A stretch of 64,000 bases of DNA from an uncultured Bacillota bacterium. GTDB taxonomy: Bacteria > Sysuimicrobiota > Sysuimicrobiia > Sysuimicrobiales > Segetimicrobiaceae. Below, in pieces: positions 49,771-59,735 of this stretch. The stretch is taken from NCBI GenBank assembly GCA_963804645.1, contig CAWDRG010000010.1, forward strand, positions 96,001 through 160,000. The letters run 5' to 3'. The notes beneath the pieces are model-generated. The model had not been told where the DNA came from. It searched no databases and saw only the letters and a program-made list of their open reading frames with translations. Each line of letters opens with the position of its first letter. Within the stretch, counting starts at the first letter, position 1. The position numbers and the translations under genes were made by a program.

Positions 49771-50735
49771 TGACCTATCTGGAGGCCATCACGGACGGCT
49801 TGCGCGAGGCGATGCGGGCGGATCCGTCGGTCATCGTCCTGGGCGAAGACATCGCCGCGTACGGCGGCGCCTTCAAGGTCACGCAAGGCCTGTTCGAGGA
49901 GTTTGGGCCGCTGCGCGTGATCGATACGCCGATCTCCGAGTCCGCGATCGTCGGCGCGGCGGTCGGCGCGGCGCTGCTCGGCATGCGACCGGTCGCGGAA
50001 ATGCAGTTCGCCGACTTCATCGCCAGCGCGTTCAACCAGCTCACGAATGTCGCGGCGACGTCCGCGTACCGCGCCGGGGGCTGCCTGCCACTGGTCGTCC
50101 GCGCGCCGTGCGGTGCCGGGACCCACGGCGGTCCCTTCCACTCGCAATCTGTCGAAGCGTACTTTTTCCACACGCCCGGCCTCAAGATCGTCATGCCGGC
50201 GACGCCCGAGGACGCGAAAGGCTTGCTGCTCGCCGCGATCGCGGACCCGAACCCGGTGCTGTTCCTCGAGCACAAGGCGCTGTACCGGTCTGAGAAGGGC
50301 GAGGTCGCCGCCGGGATGGCGCGCGTGCCGCTCGGCCGAGCGGCCCTCCGCCGCCCCGGCCGCGATGTCACGGTCGTGACCTACGGCATGATGGTGCACC
50401 GGTGTCTTGAGGCGGCGGACGCGGCGGCGGCCGAGGGGGTCGAGGCGGAGGTCCTCGACCTGCGCACCCTCCTGCCGCTGGACGAGGACGCCGTCGGCGC
50501 GTCGGTCGCGCGCACGAGTCGGGCGCTCGTCGTCCACGAAGACCGGCTGCGGGGCGGGATCGGGGCCGAGATTGCCGCCGCGCTGGGCGAGCGCTTGTTC
50601 ACCTCGCTCGATGCCCCGATCCGCCGGATCGGCGCGCCGGACACGCCGGTGCCGTACGCCCCGGCGCTCGAGGCGGCATACCTGCCGGACGTCGACCGGA
50701 TTCGGACGGCGATCGTCGAACTGGGGCGCTGGTAG
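49761..50735 (+). CDS. 2-oxoacid/acetoin dehydrogenase E1 beta subunit
   Basis: GEDI, DTPISESAIVG, EMQFADF, HSQS, DLRTLLPLD. Confidence 0.92.
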   Translation: MAVMTYLEAITDGLREAMRADPSVIVLGEDIAAYGGAFKVTQGLFEEFGPLRVIDTPISESAIVGAAVGAALLGMRPVAEMQFADFIASAFNQLTNVAATSAYRAGGCLPLVVRAPCGAGTHGGPFHSQSVEAYFFHTPGLKIVMPATPEDAKGLLLAAIADPNPVLFLEHKALYRSEKGEVAAGMARVPLGRAALRRPGRDVTVVTYGMMVHRCLEAADAAAAEGVEAEVLDLRTLLPLDEDAVGASVARTSRALVVHEDRLRGGIGAEIAAALGERLFTSLDAPIRRIGAPDTPVPYAPALEAAYLPDVDRIRTAIVELGRW

Positions 50736-50844
50736 GCGCCGGCACCGCGACGCGCCCCGATGAAACTTCGGAGCGGCGGGAGATCGTAAGAGGACGGTGT
50801 GCGGTGCCACGGGACCGCACAACACGCACCAGGGAGGTGACGGC

Positions 50845-51969
50845 ATGCGACGATGGATGGTCGTGGGCGTCTTGCTGGCCACGGCGCTGGCACTTCAGGT
50901 ACCGGGGTACGGAGCGGCGGGCGCACCTGTCTTGATCGGCGTCACCGTGCCGCTGTCGGGAAGCAGCGCGGAGGCGGGCCAGGACGTCCTCCAAGGGGCG
51001 CAGCTCGCGGTCAACCAGGCGAACGCCAAGGGCGGTGTACTCGGCCGCCAGATCCAGATCGTCTCCGCGGACGACGCGTGCGACGCGCAGCAGGGCGTCA
51101 CCGCGGCCCAGAAGCTCGTCGACGCGGGCGTCGTCGCGGTCGCGGGGGGCTATTGCTCCTCGGCCGCGATCCCGGCCAGCGGCGTGTTCAACAAGGCGGG
51201 GGTCGCATTCGTCGCGGACGCGTCGACCAACCCGACCCTGACGGAGCAGGGCTTCAACAACGTGTTCCGCGACATCGGCCGCGACGACCTGCAGGGGCCG
51301 TTCGCCGCGAACTTCATGCTGAACACGCTGCACGCGCACCGCATCGCGATCGTGCACGACAACACCGTGTACGCGAAGGGATTGGCCCAGGCGACCCAAA
51401 CGGCGCTCCAGGGCAAGCCGGGCGTCACGATCGTGTACTTCGACGCGATCACCCCGGGGGATAAGGACTTCAGCGCGGTCCTCACCAAGATCAAGGGCCT
51501 CAAGCCCGACGTGCTGTACTTCACCGGCTACTACGCCGAGGGCGGGCTGATGGCGAAGCAGTTCAAGGACCTCGGCGTGCCGGGACACTTCATGGCCGGG
51601 GACGCCAACAGCGATCCGGCGTTCCTCCAGGAGGCCGGCTCCGCCGCCGACGGCGATATGATTACCACCGCCCCGATCGCGGCGTTCCTGCCCGCGGCCA
51701 AGGCCTTCATCGCCGCGTACACGGCGAAGTACGGCAAGGCGCCCGGTCCCTACTCGGCCTATGAGTACGACGCGACCAACATCGTGATCGCCGCGATCAA
51801 GCGCGCCGGCTCGACGGACCGCGCCTCGGTTATCAAGTCACTCGCCGAGACCAAGAACTTCCCGGGGATCACCGGCTCGATCTCGTTCAATGCGAAGGGC
51901 GACCGCTCGGGCAGCGCGTACATGGTGCTGCTGGTCAAGAACGGCCAGTTCACGGCCTATGGCATGTAG
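50845..51969 (+). CDS. Branched-chain amino-acid-type ABC substrate-binding protein (LivK/J-like)
   Basis: Sec signal; NAKGGVLG, DDACD, GGYCSS, GRDDLQG, YDA. Confidence 0.9.
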   Translation: MRRWMVVGVLLATALALQVPGYGAAGAPVLIGVTVPLSGSSAEAGQDVLQGAQLAVNQANAKGGVLGRQIQIVSADDACDAQQGVTAAQKLVDAGVVAVAGGYCSSAAIPASGVFNKAGVAFVADASTNPTLTEQGFNNVFRDIGRDDLQGPFAANFMLNTLHAHRIAIVHDNTVYAKGLAQATQTALQGKPGVTIVYFDAITPGDKDFSAVLTKIKGLKPDVLYFTGYYAEGGLMAKQFKDLGVPGHFMAGDANSDPAFLQEAGSAADGDMITTAPIAAFLPAAKAFIAAYTAKYGKAPGPYSAYEYDATNIVIAAIKRAGSTDRASVIKSLAETKNFPGITGSISFNAKGDRSGSAYMVLLVKNGQFTAYGM

Positions 51970-52084
51970 GCCGGCGTCGGCCCGCCGGCCGCACGGCACG
52001 TCGGCCGCGAGCGGGACCGGATGACGGACGCGTGGCGGGGCCGCCCGTTTGGGGCGGCCCCGGCGCGCCGCCGGCGGTGATCCG

Positions 52085-52984
52085 ATGGACATCGCGCTCC
52101 AGCAGCTGGTGAACGGCCTGACGGTGGGGGCGTTCTACGCGCTGGTCGCGCTCGGGTACACCATGGTCTACGGCATCATCCGCCTGATCAACTTCGCGCA
52201 GGGCGATCTGTACAGCGTCGGGGCGTTTCTCGGCCTGTCGCTTCTGGGCCTGCTCGGCGGGCTCACCACGCGCAGCGCGGCGCTCGCGACACTGCTGGGC
52301 CTGCTTGGGGCGATGGCGCTCACCGCAGTCCTCGGGGTGGTGATCTACCGCGTAGCCTACCGGCCACTGCTGGGATCGCGGCTGTCGATCCTCATCTCCG
52401 CGATCGGCGCGTCGCTGACGCTGGAATACAGTTTGTACCTCATCTACAGCCCGTCGTACCTCGTCTACCCGAACCCGTTCGGGACGGGCGGACCGCCGCT
52501 CGGGGACATCGTCGTCTCCTGGATCCAAATCGTCATCTTCGTCGTGAGCCTCCTCCTGATGGCGGCGCTCTACACCCTGGTCCACCGCACGAAGCTCGGC
52601 CTGGCGATGCGCGCGCTCGCGATCAACCAAGACGCCGCGCGGCTGATGGGGATCGACGTGGATCGCGTGATCGCCATGACGTTCGCGATCGGCGCGTCGC
52701 TCGCCGCGTTCGGCGGCGTCACGACCGGGCTCTACTACGGTCAGATCTCGTTCCTGATGGGCTTCCTGGCGGGATTGAAGGCGTTCACGGCGGCGGTACT
52801 CGGCGGCATCGGCAACATTCCCGGCGCGATGCTGGGAGGGTTCATCGTCGGCATCGTGGAGAGCCTCGCCACCGGATACATCTCGGGCCGCTGGAAGGAC
52901 GTCATCACGTTCGCCGTGCTGATCTTTATTCTGGTCGTACGTCCCCGCGGCCTTCTCGGCGAGCGGGTCGTCGAACGGATGTGA
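52085..52984 (+). CDS. livH: Branched-chain amino-acid ABC permease
   Basis: YALVALGYTMVYG, NFAQG, KAFTAAVLGGIG, RPRGLLG. Confidence 0.9.
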   Translation: MDIALQQLVNGLTVGAFYALVALGYTMVYGIIRLINFAQGDLYSVGAFLGLSLLGLLGGLTTRSAALATLLGLLGAMALTAVLGVVIYRVAYRPLLGSRLSILISAIGASLTLEYSLYLIYSPSYLVYPNPFGTGGPPLGDIVVSWIQIVIFVVSLLLMAALYTLVHRTKLGLAMRALAINQDAARLMGIDVDRVIAMTFAIGASLAAFGGVTTGLYYGQISFLMGFLAGLKAFTAAVLGGIGNIPGAMLGGFIVGIVESLATGYISGRWKDVITFAVLIFILVVRPRGLLGERVVERM

Positions 52985-53988
52985 CGCGCCGCCAAGGCAC
53001 GGCAGCCCGTCTGCGCCTCGGCGCGGCGGTCGCGGTCGGAATCGCGGCGTTGGCGCTGCCGCTGGTCGCCAGCCCGTACGTGGTCGACGTCGCCACGCTC
53101 ATCTGCCTCTACGTCATGCTCGGCCTCGGCCTCAATATCGTCGTCGGGTACGCGGGCCTGCTCGATCTCGGGTACGCGGCGTTCTTCGCGATCGGGGCGT
53201 ATACCACCGCGATCATGATGGTCCGCTACCACCAGCCGTACTGGGCGACGATCCCGGTCGCGGCGCTGCTCACGACGGCGTCGGGGGTGGTGATCGGCAC
53301 CCCCACGCTCCGGCTGCGCAGCGACTATCTGGCGATCGTCACGCTGGGGTTCGGCGAGATCGTGCGCATCACCGCGACGAACCTGGACTTCACCGGCGGC
53401 CCGGACGGCGTGTGGGGGATCCCGCGGCCCGCGATCGGGTCCTGGGTGCTGAGCAGCGGGACGTCACTGTACTATCTTGGGCTGGTGCTCGCGGCCTGCG
53501 TCCTCGTGGTCGCCTACAACGTGGCGCACTCCCGGCTCGGACGGGCGTGGCTGGCGATCCGCGAGGATGAGATCGCCGCCCGGGCGGCGGGCATCAATAC
53601 CGTCGTGTTCAAGCTCAAAGCGTACATGATGGGAGCGCTGCTTGGGGGCATCGGCGGGTCATTCTTCGCGATCAAGCTCACCGCGGTCGACCCCACGAGC
53701 TTCACCTTCGTGCAGTCGGTGAACATCCTCATGGTCGTCGTCCTCGGCGGGATGGGGAGCCTGCCGGGGGTCGTGCTCGGCGCGGCCGTCATCGTCGGGC
53801 TGCCCGAGGTGCTGCGCGCGTTTCAGACGATCCGGGTGCTGGCGTTCGGGCTGGGCCTGATCATCATGATGCTGCTCCGCCCGCAGGGCCTGTGGCCGAG
53901 CCGCACGGGAGAGGTCGCGCGAGAGACCCCGCCGACGTCCCCGCTGCGCCAGCGGCCTCTCGGGCCGCGCGAAGAGGGCGTCCCGTGA
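52981..53988 (+). CDS. livM: Branched-chain amino-acid ABC permease
   Basis: GLNIVVGYAGLLDLG, LRSDYLAIVTLGFGEI, AIREDE, LGGMGS. Confidence 0.9.
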   Translation: MTRRQGTAARLRLGAAVAVGIAALALPLVASPYVVDVATLICLYVMLGLGLNIVVGYAGLLDLGYAAFFAIGAYTTAIMMVRYHQPYWATIPVAALLTTASGVVIGTPTLRLRSDYLAIVTLGFGEIVRITATNLDFTGGPDGVWGIPRPAIGSWVLSSGTSLYYLGLVLAACVLVVAYNVAHSRLGRAWLAIREDEIAARAAGINTVVFKLKAYMMGALLGGIGGSFFAIKLTAVDPTSFTFVQSVNILMVVVLGGMGSLPGVVLGAAVIVGLPEVLRAFQTIRVLAFGLGLIIMMLLRPQGLWPSRTGEVARETPPTSPLRQRPLGPREEGVP

Positions 53989-54785
53989 GCAGCCGGCCAT
54001 CGACGCCCGCTGAGGCGGGCCCGATTCTGACCGTCGAGCGGTTGACGGTGAGGTTTGGCGGCCTGCTGGCGGTCAGCAACCTGTCCTTTGATGCGCGCAC
54101 GGGTGAGATCCTGAGCATCATCGGCCCGAACGGAGCGGGGAAGACGACGGTGTTCAACTGCATCACCGGATTCCAACGGCCCGCGAGCGGCCGGGTCGTC
54201 TTCCGCGGACAGCCGGTGACCTCGCTCCCGCCCGACCTCATCGTGGCGCGCGGCATCGCGCGCACGTTTCAGATGATTCGCCTGTTCCCCGGTCTCGAGG
54301 TGATCGAGAACGTCATGATCGGGCTGCACGCCCGAACGCGTGCCGGCACCATTGGGGCAGTCCTGCATACGCCGGGCGAGCGGCGGGAAGAAGCGTGGGT
54401 CCGGGAAGAGGCCCGCCGGTGGCTGGTGTTCGTTGGGCTGGAGCACCGCGCGCGTCACCAGGCCCGAACCCTCGCGTACGGCGATCAGCGGCGTGTGGAA
54501 ATCGCACGGGCGATGGCGACCGGGCCGCGGCTGCTCGTGCTCGACGAACCGGCGAGCGGGATGAACCCGGCCGAGAAGGACGATCTCGCCCGATTGGTCG
54601 CGGAGATCCGGGCGCTCGGCGTCACGGTCCTCCTCGTCGAGCACGACATGGGGGTCGTGATGGGGACGAGCGACCGCGTCATCGTCCTGAACTATGGGAC
54701 GCAGATCGCCGAGGGCACGCCGGACGAGGTCCAGCGCGACCCGGCGGTGATCGAGGCGTACCTAGGCCAGGAGGACAACGCGTGA
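53985..54785 (+). CDS. livG: Branched-chain amino-acid ABC ATPase
   Basis: GPNGAGKTT, ARTFQ, LAYGDQRR, LDEP, EHDM, VIEAYLG. Confidence 0.92.
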   Translation: MSSRPSTPAEAGPILTVERLTVRFGGLLAVSNLSFDARTGEILSIIGPNGAGKTTVFNCITGFQRPASGRVVFRGQPVTSLPPDLIVARGIARTFQMIRLFPGLEVIENVMIGLHARTRAGTIGAVLHTPGERREEAWVREEARRWLVFVGLEHRARHQARTLAYGDQRRVEIARAMATGPRLLVLDEPASGMNPAEKDDLARLVAEIRALGVTVLLVEHDMGVVMGTSDRVIVLNYGTQIAEGTPDEVQRDPAVIEAYLGQEDNA

Positions 54786-55516
54786 CGACGCTGCTCGATG
54801 TCCGGGACCTGCGGACAGCCTACGGAGCGATCGAGGCCCTTCACGGCATCTCGTTTCACGTCGACGCGGGGGAGATCGTTGCGCTCCTCGGCGCGAACGG
54901 CGCCGGCAAGACAACAACACTGCGGACCATCTGCGGTCTGCTGGTTCCCCGCAGCGGCACCATCCGGTTCGCCGGCAAGCGGATCGACGGGCTTCAGGCG
55001 CACCGGGTCGTGCGGCTCGGACTCACGATGGTTCCGGAAGGAAGATGGATTTTCGGCGTCATGACCGTTGAGGAGAATCTGCGGCTCGGAGCGTATGTGG
55101 AACCCCACGTCCCCGCGGACGCCCTCGACCGCGTCTTCCAGCTGTTTCCCCGTCTCCGGGAGCGCCGGCGTCAGATCGCCGGAACGCTCTCGGGCGGCGA
55201 GCAGCAGATGCTCGCGATCGCGCGCGCGCTGATGACCAAGCCCCGTCTGCTGCTGCTGGACGAGCCGTCGATGGGACTCGCCCCAGTCATCGTGCGGGTG
55301 ATGTTACAGACGATCGGGGAGATCAACCGGGCCGGGACGACCGTGCTGCTGGTCGAGCAAAATGCGAGCGCGGCCCTTCGGTTGGCCACCCGGGGATACG
55401 TGCTGGAAAACGGCCAGATCGCGCTTGAGGGGACCGGCGCCGAGCTGACCCGTCACGAAGGAGTCCGGCGAAGCTACCTCGGGATACGCGTCTCGCCCGG
55501 CGGGCCCGGTCGCTGA
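54782..55516 (+). CDS. livF: Branched-chain amino-acid ABC ATPase
   Basis: GANGAGKTT, VPEGR, LSGGEQQMLA, LDEPSMGL, EQN. Confidence 0.92.
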   Translation: MTTLLDVRDLRTAYGAIEALHGISFHVDAGEIVALLGANGAGKTTTLRTICGLLVPRSGTIRFAGKRIDGLQAHRVVRLGLTMVPEGRWIFGVMTVEENLRLGAYVEPHVPADALDRVFQLFPRLRERRRQIAGTLSGGEQQMLAIARALMTKPRLLLLDEPSMGLAPVIVRVMLQTIGEINRAGTTVLLVEQNASAALRLATRGYVLENGQIALEGTGAELTRHEGVRRSYLGIRVSPGGPGR

Positions 55517-55991
55517 ACGAGGGAGCGCCGCTCGCGCGCCGTCGGCACCCGATACCCTGCACTCCCGCCGTCATCGGCTCCGCGCGGCAGGCGGTGCCGC
55601 GGCTGCGTGCGCGTCTTTGGAGGTTGTCGCCCCCCGGACTGACGGCCAGCCCAAACGTATCGCCGACATCTCCAAGCCACGAGTCGGCACGACCCCATTG
55701 TGAGCGACACCAGGACCAATCCTGCAAGAAGCAGCGTGCGCACGTCGGGTCGTCTCCTCGATCCATATCACCGGACGGTGCGCTCGCATCCTCTACGCGA
55801 CGCGTCCTTCGGAGGTGCACTCGGGATCCACCGAGAATTTCAAGTCCAGCATCTGCCGGTCGCCGCGTCGAGATACAGACGCCTCCGCGGAAGAAGGAGC
55901 GATGCGGGGGCGTTCGCTTCACTTCCTAAGAACGCAGGCGGCGCGATTCCGCGCACGCCTATCTGGCGGCGAACGGCGAAAGGAGGTACGC

Positions 55992-56828
55992 ATGGCATCC
56001 GACGCGTCCGTGTTTGGCGCGGGGCAGCGCGCGGGAACGGGCACCACGGTGCACTGGCAGGAGCTGTGGCGCCACGAGCTCGAGGCGATGCTCCCGCAGG
56101 CCCCGGTGGTGATCGTCCCGTGCGGCTCGGTCGAGCAGCACGGCCCGCACTGCCCGATGGATGTCGACATCAGCCACACGCAGGCGCTCGCCGTCGCCAC
56201 GGCGCGCGCGATCACCGAATTTCCCGTCGTGGTGGCCCCGCCGATCTGGATGGGGCTCACCCACTACAACATGGGCGAGATCGGCACACTTACGGTCAGC
56301 GTCGAGACTTACATCGCGCTCGTGTCCGAGATCTGCCGCAGCCTCTGGGCCAACGGATTCAAGCGGATCGTGCTGCTCAACGGGCACGGCGGGAACCGCG
56401 ACATTCTCCGCGTGATTTCGATCAAGCTGGCGGGGGAGGACATCTGGGCGCTGCCGATCACCTACTGGGAAATGGTGCCCGCCGCGATGCGGGCGGCCGC
56501 CGACACGGACGGAAGCAGCGTCGGGCACGGCGGGGAGTGGGAAACATCCCTGCAGCTGTATCTGCGCCCGACGCTCATCGACCGGGCGCGGGCGGTCGCG
56601 GACCCGGTCCGCGAGCCGCGGTTCTCCGACGACGTCTCCGCGTTCACGGGATTTCCCGAGCGGCGGCGCGAGGCCGCGCACGGGGTGATGGGCAATCCCG
56701 AGACGGCCTCCGCGCGCAAAGGTGAAATCCTCTTCACCGCCGCGCGGGATCGGCTCGTGGACGTCTGCCGGCAGTACCATGCGCTGCCCGTCCGCGGCTA
56801 TCGGGAGTTCGGCTCGCACTGTCCGTAG
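55992..56828 (+). CDS. Creatininase/FAPy-deformylase-family amidohydrolase
   Basis: GSVEQHGPH..D, NGHGGN, HGGEWETS, GVMGNP; RBS AGGAGG. Confidence 0.9.
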   Translation: MASDASVFGAGQRAGTGTTVHWQELWRHELEAMLPQAPVVIVPCGSVEQHGPHCPMDVDISHTQALAVATARAITEFPVVVAPPIWMGLTHYNMGEIGTLTVSVETYIALVSEICRSLWANGFKRIVLLNGHGGNRDILRVISIKLAGEDIWALPITYWEMVPAAMRAAADTDGSSVGHGGEWETSLQLYLRPTLIDRARAVADPVREPRFSDDVSAFTGFPERRREAAHGVMGNPETASARKGEILFTAARDRLVDVCRQYHALPVRGYREFGSHCP

Positions 56829-56875
56829 CGCCGGCGCCCCCGCCGATCGTCGCCGCCCAACGAGGAGGTAGCCTG

Positions 56876-58723
56876 TTGCAGCGCGTCACGCGACGGACGT
56901 ATTCCGCCGGGCTCGCGATCGCGATCGGCGTGGCCGCCTGGCTGTATTACAGCTGGAGACTCTCGCTGACGGTCCCGGCCGGCCTCGACCTCTTCGACTT
57001 CGCGAACAATTTCCTGTACGCGGACGACATGCGCCACGGCAACTGGCTGCTGCACGGATGGGTCGTAACCCAAGACCCGCATTGGCTGACCGACGATCTC
57101 GTGTATGTAATCGGCCTCGCCGTACGAGGCTTCGACCCCTCGCTGCTCCATGCCGTCCCGGTGGTCGTCTATACCGTCCTCGTCGGCCTCGCCGCGTGGG
57201 CGGCGGTGGCCGGGCTGAACCTGCGCGCGGGCGAAGGGATCCTGGTCTCGGCGGTGGCCGTCCTCCCGCTCGTCTTCCCGTCTTCCGCGCTCGCCAGCCA
57301 GGTCCTGATCGGCCCGTACCACACGGGCACCACCGCCGCGGCGCTGGGCGCGATGCTCCTCCTCGCGCCGCGCGGCGGCGATGAGCCGCGCGCGGCGCGG
57401 ATGCGCCGGACCGTCGCGGGAGGCGCCCTGCTCGCGATCGGCCGGATCGGCGATCCGTACATGCTGACGCTCGGCATCGTGCCGGTGATCGCGGTCGCGC
57501 TCTACAGCGCCGTCGTCTACCGCGCGCGGCCGTGGAGCACGCCGGCGGGCCTTCCGCTCACCGCCGCGCTCGTGGCCTGGGCAGGGGCGGCCGGCGTCCT
57601 CGCCCTGATCCCCCACCTCGGGGGATTCACGATGCGCGCATCGCTCGCGCCGTTGATTCCCCTCTCCGAACTCGGACCGCGCCTATTGAGCTTTCTCGGC
57701 ACGTTCTTGGATCTCAGCGGCGGCGACATCTTCGGGATGAACTTCGGCAGCCTCCTGATCGTGACGCTCGTCCGGCTCGTGTACCTCTGCGCGGCCGCGT
57801 GGGCCGTCGCGCGCGTCCTCGGCGAGCTCCGCCGGGGCACCGAGCGGGACTGGACGACGTCGGTCTTGACCGCGGCTGTCCTCATCTCGGCGGCCGGGAC
57901 GTTCTTGTACGGCCCGAGCGACTACCTCGGGACCGAGCACCGGACGCCGGTATTTCTGCTGATGGGCGTCGTGCTCGCGCGCGATCTCGCCGCGCGACAC
58001 CGGCAGTGGTTTACGGATTCCGCCGCGCGGCGGACCACCGGAGCGGCCCTCCTGATCGGCGCGCTGCTCTTCGCGGCGCTTCCGCTCGACGAGCTCCAGC
58101 ATCCGGCGGGGTTCGACGATCCGGCGCGGTTCCCGCAGCTGGTCTTGGCGGGATGGCTCGATCAGCACGGCCTGCGGCGCGGGTACGGGCCGTACGATGA
58201 GGCGTCGATCATCACGGTCGAGACCCACGGCCGCGTCACCGTGCGCCCGCTGATCTCGACGGGCCGCTACGGCGCGCCGCCGCGCAGTACCTGGAGGCTC
58301 ATCCCCAACATTGAACTGATGGCGAACAGCGCCTGGTACGCTCCCTCGGCGGCTGGCACGTTCCTGATCGTGGACGGGCAGGACGTCGACGCGCAGACCG
58401 CCCGCGCGACGTTCGGAGCGCCCGATCAGACTTACCAAGTCGGGCAGTGGCAGGTATGGACCTGGTCGACCGGGATCGTGTGCACCCTCCCCGACGCCAC
58501 GCCGCAGGTGCGGGCCGAGGAAGCTGGCGGGACGCCGCCCGAGGGCGCCTCGTGCCGCCGCGCGCAGGGACCCTCGGCGGGCGGATCGCCGCCGGCCCGC
58601 CGCGGCGATCGAGCAGCCGGGCGGCCTACGGTCCCGCGCTCGGTCGGGCAGACGGCGTCCCTCGCGGACGGGGACGTGATTCGAGCGGCAGTCGCCACGG
58701 GGCAGATCCGCCCCCGACGCTGA
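56876..58723 (+). CDS. Polytopic membrane protein, possibly GT-C (polyprenyl-phosphate-sugar) glycosyltransferase-like
   Basis: TTG with RBS GAGGAGG; about 10-12 hydrophobic segments; N-terminal loop DFANNFLYADDM..GNW.L.GW; C-terminal soluble domain. The GT-C call is inference. Confidence 0.55.
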   Translation: MQRVTRRTYSAGLAIAIGVAAWLYYSWRLSLTVPAGLDLFDFANNFLYADDMRHGNWLLHGWVVTQDPHWLTDDLVYVIGLAVRGFDPSLLHAVPVVVYTVLVGLAAWAAVAGLNLRAGEGILVSAVAVLPLVFPSSALASQVLIGPYHTGTTAAALGAMLLLAPRGGDEPRAARMRRTVAGGALLAIGRIGDPYMLTLGIVPVIAVALYSAVVYRARPWSTPAGLPLTAALVAWAGAAGVLALIPHLGGFTMRASLAPLIPLSELGPRLLSFLGTFLDLSGGDIFGMNFGSLLIVTLVRLVYLCAAAWAVARVLGELRRGTERDWTTSVLTAAVLISAAGTFLYGPSDYLGTEHRTPVFLLMGVVLARDLAARHRQWFTDSAARRTTGAALLIGALLFAALPLDELQHPAGFDDPARFPQLVLAGWLDQHGLRRGYGPYDEASIITVETHGRVTVRPLISTGRYGAPPRSTWRLIPNIELMANSAWYAPSAAGTFLIVDGQDVDAQTARATFGAPDQTYQVGQWQVWTWSTGIVCTLPDATPQVRAEEAGGTPPEGASCRRAQGPSAGGSPPARRGDRAAGRPTVPRSVGQTASLADGDVIRAAVATGQIRPRR

Positions 58724-58739
58724 CAGGGAGGTCGAACCC

Positions 58740-59735
58740 GTGAACCGACAAATCGTGCTTCAGAGCCGCCCGGCCGGGGCGCCGACGCCAGCAAACTTCG
58801 CGCTGGTGGAGCGCCCGATCCCCGAGCCCAGCGACGGCGAGGTCCTGACGCGCACGCTGTGGCTCTCCCTCGATCCCTACATGCGCGGGCGGATGAACGA
58901 CGCGCAATCGTACGCGTCCTCGGTGCCGATCGGAGGGGTCATGGTCGGCGGGACGGTCGGCGCGGTCGTCGCCTCGCGTGATCCACGCTTTTCCGCGGGC
59001 GACATCGTGCTTGGCTCCGGAGGCTGGCAGGAGTACGCGGTCCTGCCCGGCGCGAGCCTCCGCAAGCTCGACTCGGCGCTCGCGCCGGTCTCCTTGTTCC
59101 TCGGCGTGCTGGGCATGCCGGCGATGACCGCCTACGTCGGGCTCCTCGATCTCGGGCGGCCGCGCGAGGGCGAGACCGTGGTCGTCTCGGCCGCGTCGGG
59201 AGCCGTCGGCTCGGTGGTCGGCCAGATCGCCAAGATCAAAGGCTGCCGGACGGTGGGCGTGGCCGGCGGCCCGGACAAGTGCCGCTACGTGGTCGAGACG
59301 CTGGGCCTGGACGCGTGCGTCGATCACCGCGCGCCGGCGCTCGCCGAGGCGCTCGCGCGCGCCTGCCCGAACGGCGTGGACGTCTATTTCGAGAACGTCG
59401 GAGGGGCCGTGCAGCAGGCGGTGTGGCCGCTGCTCAATCAGTTCGCCCGCGTGCCGGTCTGCGGCCTGATCGCCCAGTACAACGACGAGACGCCGCGGCC
59501 GGGCCCGTCCATGTGGTCCGTCCTGAGAAAACGCCTGTCCGTGCGCGGGTTCATCGTGTCGGACCACGCCGACCGGCTGGACGCCTTTCTGCACGACATG
59601 TCCGCCTGGGTCCGCGAGGGCCGCGTGAAATACCGGGAGGATGTCGTCGACGGCCTGGAGCATGCGCCCGAGGCGTTCCTCGGCCTGCTGCAGGGACGCA
59701 ACTTCGGCAAGCTGCTTGTCCGCGTCGCCTCATAG
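58740..59735 (+). CDS. NADP-dependent alkenal/double-bond reductase (MDR, PTGR/CurA-like)
   Basis: SLDPYMRGRM, GVLGMPAMTAY, VSAASGAVG, YFENVGG, CGLIAQY, NFGKLLV. Confidence 0.92.
   Translation: MNRQIVLQSRPAGAPTPANFALVERPIPEPSDGEVLTRTLWLSLDPYMRGRMNDAQSYASSVPIGGVMVGGTVGAVVASRDPRFSAGDIVLGSGGWQEYAVLPGASLRKLDSALAPVSLFLGVLGMPAMTAYVGLLDLGRPREGETVVVSAASGAVGSVVGQIAKIKGCRTVGVAGGPDKCRYVVETLGLDACVDHRAPALAEALARACPNGVDVYFENVGGAVQQAVWPLLNQFARVPVCGLIAQYNDETPRPGPSMWSVLRKRLSVRGFIVSDHADRLDAFLHDMSAWVREGRVKYREDVVDGLEHAPEAFLGLLQGRNFGKLLVRVAS

Noticed and set aside
58660..58723. FHA-domain remnant (SLADGDVIR)
   Set aside because: Only a short motif; the conserved FHA GR/SxxH/NG residues are absent
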